Source of the DNA: Eledone cirrhosa | Taxonomy: Eukaryota | Reading direction: 5' to 3' | Assembly: GCA_964016885.1 (NCBI GenBank) | Contig: OZ024762.1 | Coordinates: 6,696,001-6,760,000 of the forward strand | Length of the DNA: 64,000 nt | In this document: positions 52,609-64,000 of the stretch, piece by piece | Layout: each line of letters opens with the position of its first letter | Position numbering within the stretch: the stretch's first letter is position 1 | The notes under the pieces: model-generated | Told to the model about the DNA's origin: nothing | The model's input: the letters and a program-made list of their open reading frames with translations, nothing else | The model's database searches: none | Program-made: the position numbers and the translations under genes

Positions 52609-55152
52609 CACATGGTTGGTGTTAGGAAGGGCACCCAGCTGTAGAAAACCTGCCCAAGTCAGTTCTCCCGATCAATCCCGCATCGAGTGGAACAAAACCA
52701 TCTAACTCATGCTAGCGTGAAAGATGGAAGTTAAATGATGATGATGATGATGATATATGATATGCATATATATATATATATGTGTGTGAGGATTTATAAC
52801 TATAAGATTGAAGTCTTATTTACTTTCTATGGCAGTGGGGGTGGGAGAGTAGATAGATGAGGTTTTTGAGAGAAATAGTGATTGTAGGTGTAAAGAAAGC
52901 TGAATGGGGGGCACGGGTGCCTGAAAAATACATGAATGAGAAATGGTTTTTCAGAAATACTGCATATAACATGAAGATGACTGGTGAAACACTATAGGTT
53001 TCTCTTAGTGGGGGCGAGGAACCCTCCAGATAACTGAGCAATTTAATCCTGTGATATATTTCAGCAGCTCAACAAATGATATAAGTTTTTTCTATAAAAC
53101 ATAGAGATTTCAATAGGAGCGTGTATTTTTAAACATTTAAAAAAAAATTCTAGACAGGTTTAAGCTTAAGTATAAGCTTAAAAATATTAATGTGAATATA
53201 AATATGAATGAAAATGTAGGTTTAATTATTCAGAATGTTTCCTGGGGATTGGAGATGTCTGGAAACATTGATAACACTCCAGTTCAGATCTGACAGTTGT
53301 GAAAGCAGTTGCTTTAATGCTCATGAAACTAGGAGCTAAACTACAGGTCTCATCCAGCCCCTGCAAGTACAGAGCATTGGATCGAAAACCATAACCAATT
53401 AATGTCTATAGCAAAGCATAAATGACTTCCAAATCTAGGGCCTTCTCACTCTTGTTGAAGTAACCCCTTCCTGGTTGACCACCACTATTTCCTATCTCTG
53501 CCTTAGTGTCCACTTTGCCACTCTAAAAGTCCATCTGTTGTCTCTGAAACAAGACACATAACCACCCCATCTATGGATAAATGACTTAATTAACATAAAT
53601 GATTTAACGTGAGAGTGGCCGAGTATTCCACAGACATTGGTACTCTCAATGTAGTTCTCAGGGAGATTCAGTGTAACAGGGTGCAACAAGGCTGACCCAT
53701 TGAATTATAGGTACTACTCATGTTTTGGTAGCTGAGTGAAATGAGGCAATGTGGAATAAAGTGTTTTTCTGAAGGACATAGTGTTTGGAACATAACATAA
53801 CAAAAGTTCTGATATAAAAAAAATGATGGAAGGTTCTTATGATGATAGGAGGGGCAATTTCAGATACTAGAACTCTCTGGGGAGTATAGAGACCACTCCA
53901 AATATAGGGATTACACCCACCTACTAGGAGGGGGGTACAGGAAGGCTAGAGGTACTAGTGTGGCATGGTTGGAAGGGAGTGCTGAGGGAGGAAGAGTGGC
54001 GTTTGGGGGGTGTACTCAATATAAATTAGTAGTTGGCATGTAAAACTGTCACTTTTAGTTATTCAATAAATGCTTTAACAAAATAAAACTTGGAAAAAAA
54101 AAAAGAATTATGAAATTTAATTTTCAATGTATAATTTTTTAATGCAACTTTACAGTTGGGTGGTGGTGGTGGTGTTGGTGGTGGTGGTGGTGGTGTTGGT
54201 GGTGGTGGTGGTGGTGTTGGTGGTGTTGGTGGTGGTGTTGGTGTTGGTGGTGTTTGGTGGTGGTGTTAGTGGTGGTGGTGGTGTTGTTGTTGGTGGTGGT
54301 GCTCACACCAATGTAGCTTTACACCAATGTAGCTTTAGCTGGCCTCCTACAAGGTTGTAACTTATAGGAGGTTTCTCGGGTGTTTTAATGATAGGGGTCT
54401 TAGTCCTATCATGTTGTTACAGCTCACACCTATGAAGGTTTAGCTGGCCTCCTACAAGGTTGTATCTCATAGGAGGTTTCTCATAGGTTTAATGATAGGG
54501 CCGTGCTCCTATCATTGTAAAAGGCAGAGTGAAATGAAGTGTCTTGATTAAGGACTCAACATAGCATTCTAGGCATCAAACCCACACTCTTATGATTGTG
54601 AAACCAACACCTTAACCACTAAGAGACAGACTCAACAAATTCAAAACAACAGCTCAATATTCCAATAAATGAATAATTATCTAATTTTTCTGAATTTTAC
54701 CAAAGTCTTAATTAGATTCAAAGTTAATTAAAATACATGCATCGTTAGAAATATAATCATAAAATAAAATGAAATGAAATTTATAGCTCACACCTATTCA
54801 AGTTTAGCTGGCATTCAACAAGATGTTTTAATGATGGGGCCCCCAGTCCTATCATGTTGTTAAAATTTACATCTATTTTGGCGCCCCAAATAATAGGGGA
54901 TTTGGAATAGGCAGGGGTGGGGGTGGACATTTGCTTAAATTCTTATAAGTGAGGGGATTGGAATAAATGGGCTGGGGAGTGGGGATAATCTAAAAAAAAT
55001 TAAAGGGGGGAGGGGGGGCATTATTCAAGACCTGAGATTATGTAATTTAGATGGCCTCCTACAAGAAGGTTTCTTGTGTTTTAATGAAAGGGGCTCCAAC
55101 CCTCTTTTTAATAACTTAACCATTTCAGTCGCAAAATGGTTGCATTATTAAA

Positions 55153-55570
55153 AGGACAGTGAATTGGCAGTATCAGTAGAGGGGCGGACGCCATGCTTTT
55201 CAGCATAGAGTTACGGCCCTTTATGGTCTGAGTTCAAATCCCGCCGAGGTTAACTTTGCCTTTCATCCTTACGGGGTTGATAAAATAAAGTACCAGTAAT
55301 ACACTGAGATAATTGCTGGCCTTGTGTCAAAATGTAGAAACAATTGTTAAAAGTAAGATAAGGACAGTAAATTGGAAGTATTGGTAGAGTACCAGACATG
55401 ATTTGTGGCATATCCTTTTACGTTACGAGTTCAAATCCCACTAAGGTTAGCTTTTCCTTCCATCCTTAGAGGGGTTGATAAAATAAAGTACCAGTAACAC
55501 ACTGGGTCCTTCTAATCAACTTTCCCCCTCCACCAAAATTGTTGGCCTTGTGCCTAAATCAGAAACCGTT
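55153..55570 (+). mobile_element. Two tandem Deu/Nin-like SINEs
   Basis: Match to 5300-5488 and 15439-15654. Confidence 0.85.
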
Positions 55571-55610
55571 ATCAAAAGTAAGAGAATATTACAATGACAA
55601 CATTACATAG

Positions 55611-55845
55611 ACCACAGTTGCTATTCCTCTCTCCAGTCTCCCTCCCTCCCTCCAAGTTATTGAACATTACATTAAACCACAGTTGCTATTCCTCTCTCCA
55701 GTCTTCCTCCCTCCCTCCAAGTTATTGAACATTACATTAAACCACAGTTGCTATTCCTCTCTCCAGTCTTCCTCCCTCCCTCCAAGTTATTGAACATTAC
55801 ATTAAACCACAGTTGCTATTCCTCTCTCCAGTCTCCCTCCCTCCA
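55611..55845. repeat. 65-bp tandem repeat, ~3.6 copies
   Basis: accacagttgctattcctctctccagtc... Confidence 0.9.
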
Positions 55846-57319
55846 ATAAAACTTCTAAACCAATTTGTGAAAACAGTTGCTGGCAAGAAAAAAACAAAAA
55901 TGAAAAAATACAATCTATATACATGAAAAGTCTGTGTAATTATTTGTTTCTATATTTATGCCAGCATAAAATTTGAGTGAATTAAAAATATTGAATATAT
56001 AAAAAAAAAAAAATTTATTCAACAAACTTTGGAAACCATTGGTAACAAAACAACAGAATAATTGTCATTTACAACACACACATACACATACATACACAGA
56101 TATACATACAGTGACAAACATACACACACATACAGTGTCAAACATACACACATACAGTGTCAAACATACACACACACAGTGACAAACACACACACACACC
56201 ACAGTGACAAACATACAATCATTGTGTTGTTTTGTACTTTACAAGACTGACTTGCTAATGTGGTTTCATGTGGCTTGTTACTTCAAATGTTTATAGTATC
56301 TTTACTAGTTGACAGATCATTGTGAAAATTTGCTGTAAAGACAATTTTTAATGAAAATACTCAGTGCTGCTTTGTACTTTACAAGACTGACTTGCTAATG
56401 TGGTTTCATGTGGCTTGTTACTTCAAATGTTTAGGAGGCAGACTGTTGTGAAATTTTGCTACATTAGAGTAGACTTTAATTCTTAATGAGATGTACTCAT
56501 AGCGTTGTTGTTGTTTTTTCCTTTTACAAGACTGTCTTATTAATGTGGTTTCATGTGATACAGGACATTTAAGAGTGAAAGGAAACCAGACAATAGCAAC
56601 TGATAATATCTAATTTGAATACAGTAATTGCTGCTATAGAAATGTAAATGAGCAGAGTTTTACAATAAAACAACACTGGAACAAATAATTAAGATATAAT
56701 TAAAATATAGAAATAAAATCCCTCTGAAAATTTACACATTTATTTCATGTTGTGACATAAGTAATGTTATTGAGAGAGAGGGGTGAAAGAGATGGTGTGT
56801 GAGAGAGAGAGGGTGAGAGAGAGAAGAGTGAGAGAAAGAGGGGGTGAGAGAGATAGTGTGTGAAAGAGAGAGGGGGGTGAGAGAGATAGTGTGAGAGAGA
56901 GAGAGGGGTGAGAGAGATAGTGTGAGAGAGAGAGAGGGGTGAGAGATAGTGTGAGAGAGGGGTGAGAGAGGGGTGAGAGAGATAGCGTGTGAGAGAGAGG
57001 GGTGAGAGAGAGATAGTGTGTGAGAGAGGGGTGAGAGAGATAGTGTGTGAGAGAGGGGTGAGAGAGAGATAGTGTGAGAGAGAGAGGGGTGAGAGAGAGA
57101 GAGACAGAGTGTTAGATAGAGAGTGAGGACACAGGAGAGAGTGTGAGCAAGAAAGAGGGAAAGACAGTGAGAAAGGGAAAGAGGGATAGAAAGAGATATA
57201 TGTATACATACATATATATATATAGACAGGGGGGGGGGGAGAAACAGAGTCAGAGAAAGAGAGAGAGAAAAAGGCAGATCTATATAGAGATAGAGAAAAA
57301 AATGTATATATATACATAT

Positions 57320-57354
<35 letters not shown>

Positions 57355-57481
57355 TATATACACACACATGCACACACACACACACATATATATATATAGA
57401 GAGAGAGAGCGAGGGAAAGAGAGAGCGAGAGAGAAAGATATATATAACCCCCCACCCTACTCTCAAGCATGAAACTAATAA

Positions 57482-57600
57482 TAATTGTTTCTACTTTTGG
57501 CACAAGGCCAGCAATTACCCAGTACATTACTGGTACTTTATTTTATCGACCCCGTAAGGATGAAAGGCAAAGTTGACCTCGGCGGGATTTGAACTCAGAA
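57482..57600 (-). mobile_element. Deu/Nin-like SINE 3' half
   Basis: Reverse-complement match to 5370-5488. Confidence 0.85.
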
Positions 57601-57843
57601 TGGCAAGGGTTTTATATTGGTTTTATATTGATTTTATATTGGTTTTATATTGGTTTCAATATAAAACCAATATAAAATTGACTTTGTTAGTTTCAGAAGA
57701 TCTCGTTAAGGGTGAAAGCAGCGATTATTTTCTTAAACTTTAATCTGTTATTGTAATAAATATTTGCTCTACGGTTCTTATACATTTGATATATATTTAT
57801 CCTTATCGAGCCCTCTTTGGATTTTAGTCTTCAAATTTATTAT

Positions 57844-57877
<34 letters not shown>

Positions 57878-58210
57878 CGAAGGAAATGTGGTAAGGAACC
57901 AGGTGGACCATAACGCACCAAAGTACTCAATACTTGAGGTAGTAGAATTAGCCGTCGAAACGGCTTGAGCTCAGCTGTCGGGGTCTTACTGGTTCCTATA
58001 TAAATATATATATATATATATATAAATATATATCATTTCATTTTACGTCTGCTTTTTCCCTGCTTGCAAATTTAATTTATAATAAATTGGAGTGAAAGCA
58101 ACTGGTGCGTGTGTTTCTTATTGGCAACATGACCCTCCCAAAGCATAACAATATCGGTTTCAACACACGTTTTCAGATAAAGAATCTTGCTAAACAAATT
58201 CAGAAACGAA

Positions 58211-58325
<115 letters not shown>

Positions 58326-58457
58326 AGATACATGTCTGCTGCAGTTTAAATTTTAATTAACTTGAGATTATAGCTTGAAGAAGATTCTGTCTTGACTTCA
58401 TTGAAATGTTATCAACCGATAAAAAGACTCTTGTAGCTCTCCCTAAGTCTAACATTC

Positions 58458-58571
58458 CTACTACTACTACCACTACTGTTACTACTACTACTACCACTAC
58501 TGTTACTACTACTACTACCACTACTGTTACTACCACTACTATTACTACTACTGTTAGTACTACCATTACTG

Positions 58572-58602
<31 letters not shown>

Positions 58603-58859
58603 CACTACTGTTACTACCACTACTGTTACTACCACTACTACTACTACCGCCTCTGTTACTACTACTACTACTGTTACTACCACTACTGTTACTACCACTA
58701 CTACTACTACTACCACCTCTGTTACTACTACTACTACCACTACTACTACTACTACTATTACTACTACTGTTACTACTACCACTACTGCCACTACTACTAC
58801 TACCACTACTGTTACTACCACTACTACTACCTCTGTTACTACTACTACTACCACTACTG

Positions 58860-58906
<47 letters not shown>

Positions 58907-59173
58907 GTTACTACTACTACTACTACTATTACTACTACTGCCACTACTACTACTACTACTACCACTACTGTTACTACCACTACTGTTACTACCACTACTA
59001 CTACTACCACTACTGTTACTACTACTACGACTACTACCACCACCACCACTACTGTTACTACTACTACTACTACTATTACTACTACTGCCACTACTACTAC
59101 TACTACTACCACTACTGTTACTACCACTACTACTACTACCACCTCTGTTACTACTACTACTGCTACTACTACT
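58458..59173. repeat. (ACT/ACC)n array
   Basis: Direct inspection. Confidence 0.95.
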
Positions 59174-59257
59174 ATAGACATGTAGCATAGTGGAAAGAGT
59201 GTTGGACTTAGGATCATCATGTCATGGTCTTGATACTTGTATTGGGTTATGTATTGT

Positions 59258-59523
59258 GGAGGCACATGGCGTAGTGGTTAGAGCATTGGGCTTGCAACCG
59301 AAAGGTTGTGAGTTCAATTCTCAGACCGAGTGATGTGTTGTTTCCTTGAGCAAGACACTTTATTTCACATTGCTCCAGTTTACTCAGCTGTAGAAATGAG
59401 ATGACAGGACTGGGGTCCCTATCATTCCACTGCAGAGTGGTCGTGGAGGTGCCACGGCAAAAAAGCACCCAGCACTCACTGTAAATGAGGTTGGTGTTAG
59501 GAAGGGCATCCAGCTGTAGAAAT
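59258..59523 (+). mobile_element. Family-1 SINE lacking its tail
   Basis: Matches 20798-21065. Confidence 0.9.
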
Positions 59524-59524
59524 G

Positions 59525-60035
59525 GGGGGTGGAGGGGTCTAATATATTGACCAGATGAAACAGATTTGGGGTGGGGTGGGGGTTAATATATTGACCAGGT
59601 GAAATTGATCTGGTGAGGGGTGGTGGAGGGGAGGTGTCTAATATATTGACCAGAAGAAATTGATCTGGTGTGTGTGTGGGGGGAGGGGGTCTAATGAAAT
59701 TGATCTGGTGGAGGAGGATGTGGTGGAGTGTCTAATATGTTGACCAGATGATCTGCTGGTGAGGGGGGAGTGTGTCTAATATACTGACCAGATGATCTGC
59801 TGGTGGGGGGGGGTGTCTAATATGTTGACCAGATGATCTGCTGGAGGTGGGGGGGGTGTCTAATATACTGACCAGATGATCTGCTGGTGGGGGGGTGTCT
59901 AATATAGTGACCAGATGATCTGCTGGAGGTGGGGGGTGTCTAATATACTGACCAGATGATCCTGTGGTGGTTGGGGGGGGTGTCTAATATACTGACCAGA
60001 TGATCCTGTGGTGGTGGGGGTGGGGGGGGGGGGGC
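59525..60035. repeat. ~40-bp G-run minisatellite
   Basis: gtgtctaatatactgaccagatgatctgctgg(G)n. Confidence 0.85.
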
Positions 60036-60409
60036 TGTTTCAACAGTGAAATTTCATTCTTGAATGAATTGGATATGTCAGATAGTGGAAATGTCTGTAT
60101 TGTTGTAGTATAATTGATATCTGCCTCCCTCTCTCTCCCCCTCCCTCTCTCTCCCCCTCCTCCTCTCTCAGGCTCTATTTCTTTCTAGCTATCTCCCTCC
60201 TTTTCTCTCTATATCTCTCAAGCTCTCTCTCGGGTTCTTTCTCTCTTTTTCTCTACAGCTCTCTCTCTCTTTCATTCTGTCTCTCTCTCATTTTCTCTTT
60301 CTTTCATTCTCTCTATCTCTTTAACTAATTCTCTTTCTCCCTCTCTCTGTTTCTCACCACCACCACCACCACTGTTGTGACGGTATATTTTATTATAGTA
60401 CCACCTCTA

Positions 60410-60792
60410 TCACATTACAGAGTGTACTGGGTGTAATTTATTGTGACACCAGCACTACCACTTTACAGAGCGTACTGGGTGTAATTTATTGTAGCACCAG
60501 CACTACCACTTTACAGAGTGTACTGGGTGTAATTTATTGTAGCACCAGCACTACCACTTTACAGAAGGTACTGGGTGTAATTTATTGTGGCACCAGCACT
60601 ACCACTTTACAGAGTGTACTGGGTGTAATTTATTGTGGCACCAGCACTACCACTTTACAGAGTGAACTGGGTGTAATTTATTGTGGCACCAGCACTACCA
60701 CTTTACAGAGTGTACTGGGTGTAATTTATTGTGGCACCAGCACTACCACAATCTACAGCACGTACTGGGTGTCTTTTATTGTGGCACCAACA
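60410..60792. repeat. 48-bp SINE-related minisatellite (opposite orientation to 23904)
   Basis: gtgtactgggtgtaatttattgtggcaccagcactaccactttacaga. Confidence 0.9.
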
Positions 60793-61227
60793 GAACTACC
60801 ATTGCTCCCACTAGGATTACCTTGGTCAGTGGAGGCATTACACAAAGAATTATTATTGGTAATCAGTTGGAAGCAATTAAATAGAGTTAATGATATGAAT
60901 TGGAACCATCGTCAAGTGTATTATGCAAGATTGAGCATAACTGTGGTAAGAAGGTTACAGAGTACAAACATAATTACTGATTAAAACCCACTGATAAAAA
61001 CCATCAAGAGTATCGGAATATTATTATAATTGATTTTAAGATCAATATGATGAATACGGTATCAATCATTTTGAATAATCAATCATATTTTTTTTTGGGG
61101 GGGGGGGGGATTTCTTTTTTTGTCTTTTTTCTTTTTTTTTTTCAATTATATATTTCTTGGTTTATTTTCAGAAGAATAATATTTAAAGTTTTACTGTTGT
61201 ACATACTTGGCAAGTAACTTCATCTAA

Positions 61228-62308
61228 GACTGTGTTGAAACTAAAGCTATTACATCACAGATAGTCATTTTAGCCAGAGTTGTACATGTCTGGTCTGAGA
61301 CTGTGTTGAAACTAAAGCTATTACATCACAGATAGTCATTTTAGCCAGAGTTGTACATGTCTGGTCTGAGACTGTGTTGAAACTAAAGCTATTACATCAC
61401 AGATAGTCATTTTAGCCAGAGTTGTACATGTCTGGTCTGAGACTGTGTTGAAACTAAAGCTATTACATCACAGATAGTCATTTTAGCCAGAGTTGTACAT
61501 GTCTGGTCTGAGACTGTGTTGAAACTAAAGCTATTACATCACAGATAGTCATTTTAGCCAGAGTTGTACATGTCTGGTCTGAGACTGTGTTGAAACTAAA
61601 GCTATTACATCAGAGATAGTCATTTTAGCCAGAGTTGTACATGTCTGGTCTGAGACTGTGTTGAAACTAAAGCTATTACATCAGAGATAGTCATTTTAGC
61701 CAGAGTTGTACATGTCTGGTCTGAGACTGTGTTGAAACTAAAGCTATTACATCAGAGATAGTCATTTTAGCCAGAGTTGTACATGTCTGGTCTGAGACTG
61801 TGTTGAAACTAAAGCTATTACATCAGAGATAGTCATTTTAGCCAGAGTTGTACATGTCTGGTCTGAGACTGTGTTGAAACTAAAGCTATTACATCAGAGA
61901 TAGTCATTTTAGCCAGAGTTGTACATGTCTGGTCTGAGACTGTGTTGAAACTAAAGCTATTACATCAGAGATAGTCATTTTAGCCAGAGTTGTACATGTC
62001 TGGTCTGAGACTGTGTTGAAACTAAAGCTATTACATCAGAGATAGTCATTTTAGCCAGAGTTGTACATGTCTGGTCTGAGACTGTGTTGAAACTAAAGCT
62101 ATTACATCAGAGATAGTCATTTTAGCCAGAGTTGTACATGTCTGGTCTGAGACTGTGTTGAAACTAAAGCTATTACATCAGAGATAGTCATTTTAGCCAG
62201 AGTTGTACATGTCTGGTCTGAGACTGTGTTGAAACTAAAGCTATTACATCACAGATAGTCATTTTAGCCAGAGTTGTACATGTCTGGTCTGAGACTGTGT
62301 TGAAACTA
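61228..62308. repeat. 71-bp tandem repeat, ~15 copies
   Basis: gactgtgttgaaactaaagctattacatca(c/g)agatagtcattttagccagagttgtacatgtctggtctga. Confidence 0.97.
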
Positions 62309-63042
62309 GTCATGAAAAGAGTCATTTTAGCCATTTAGGGAAATATACAAAAATGGTTTAACTTTATAATTATCATTTATTTCTTGGTGTCAACATTTTC
62401 ATAAAAAGAAGCAAATACAAAAACAAAATTAAAGTGTGTGTATGTATGTATGTATGTATATATATGTGTGTGTGTGTGTGTTTGTGTGTGTTTCCGTAGA
62501 TAAGGTAAAGGAAAGAAGATTAATCTATGTATAGTAGAGGGCTACTATACTTCAACTATGAAAGAGCATTAACACTAACTACCCTCAACTTATAATATGA
62601 CCACATACATTTAGTTACACCCATAACTCACAGATAACCCATATTGATTATGATAACATACTTTTTGTTATACCTATAACACTTATATTATTACCACTTC
62701 TTTCTTTCGTTATGCGTATATCCAGGTCTGTAAGTATATACATTTGATGAATCTATAAGACGCATCGAACACTCCTTCATTCTAAAGATATATTTGACAC
62801 ACATATATAAATTCACATACATTTAATTATACTTACATATGATTTATATCCAATCTTGCTTCATCCCTACTTATAGCATCAAAAACTCCTTTTCTCTCTG
62901 TAAATATACTTAACATATTCATAGATATGTATGAATATTTTTGAGGGCTAATATATTTACTTTTTCAAAGTACGGACTTACATGTGGATGTGTGTGTATA
63001 TACGCGCTTAGATGTATGTGAATACATTTTTTTGTACGCACG

Positions 63043-64000
63043 GTTTTATGTGTATATATGTATGTTTTATGAGTATATATGTATGTTTTATGTGTATATA
63101 TGTATGTTTTATGTGTATATATGTATGTTTTATGTGTATATATGTATGTTTTATGTGTATATATGTATGTTTTATGTGTATATATGTATGTTTTATGTGT
63201 ATATATGTATGTTTTATGTGTATATATGTATGTTTTATGAGTATATATGTATGTTTTATGTGTATATATGTATGTTTTATGTGTATATATGTATGTTTTA
63301 TGTGTATATATGTATGTTTTATGTGTATATATGTATGTTTTATGAGTATATATGTATGTTTTATGTGTATATATGTATGTTTTATGTGTATATATGTATG
63401 TTTTATGTGTATATATGTATGTTTTATGTGTATATATATGTATGTTTTATGTGTATATATGTATGTTTTATGTGTATATATGTATGTTTTATGTGTATAT
63501 ATATGTATGTTTTATGTGTATATATGTATGTTTTATGTGTATATATGTATGTTTTATGTGTATATATGTATGTTTTATGAGTATATATGTATGTTTTATG
63601 TGTATATATGTATGTTTTATGTGTATATATGTATGTTTTATGTGTATATATATGTATGTTTTATGTGTATATATGTATGTTTTATGTGTATATATGTATG
63701 TTTTATGTGTATATATGTATGTTTTATGTGTATATATGTATGTTTTATGTGTATATATGTATGTTTTATGTGTATATATGTATGTTTTATGTGTATATAT
63801 GTATGTTTTATGTGTATATATGTATGTTTTATGTGTATATATGTATGTTTTATGTGTATATATGTATGTTTTATGTGTATATATGTATGTTTTATGTGTA
63901 TATATGTATGTTTTATGTGTATATATGTATGTTTTATGTGTATATATGTATGTTTTATGTGTATATATGTATGTTTTATGTGTATATATGTATGTTTTAT
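63043..64000. repeat. 21-bp minisatellite running off the window edge
   Basis: gtatgttttatgtgtatatat. Confidence 0.97.

Noticed and set aside
57690-57730. cagaaga-tctcgttaagggt-GAAA as a hammerhead
   Set aside because: No copy has CUGA (they read CAGA or AAGA) and there is no convincing stem I

Overview
Eukaryotic, AT-rich, extremely repeat-dense DNA that looks intronic or intergenic. The mix of tRNA-headed SINEs, RTE and CR1 LINE stubs and very long microsatellites resembles an octopus/cephalopod genome (inference, not verified). No complete protein-coding gene is visible. Nearly all long ORFs are translations of micro/minisatellites, and the only clearly protein-like ORFs are LINE reverse-transcriptase remnants. 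One 59-bp candidate internal exon (15880-15938, +) suggests the window may lie within large introns of a gene. The most notable signal is a set of short non-coding inserts, mostly inside (TA)n tracts, built as long foldback palindromes plus a unique tail. Several carry minimal type I hammerhead ribozyme motifs: one with an intact core at 1987-2049 (antisense copy at 1785-1847), an inverted pair at 14.8/15.1 kb, an extended one at 40.0 kb, and several decayed or half copies. This architecture is typical of Penelope-like retroelement termini or retrozymes. Also present: a SINE whose 3' tail matches the local RTE LINE (with a tail swap), several minisatellites born from SINE sub-segments, a complete TTAA MITE, and a Helitron-like element carrying a captured repeat fragment. 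Coordinates were read by eye and may be off by a few bases.
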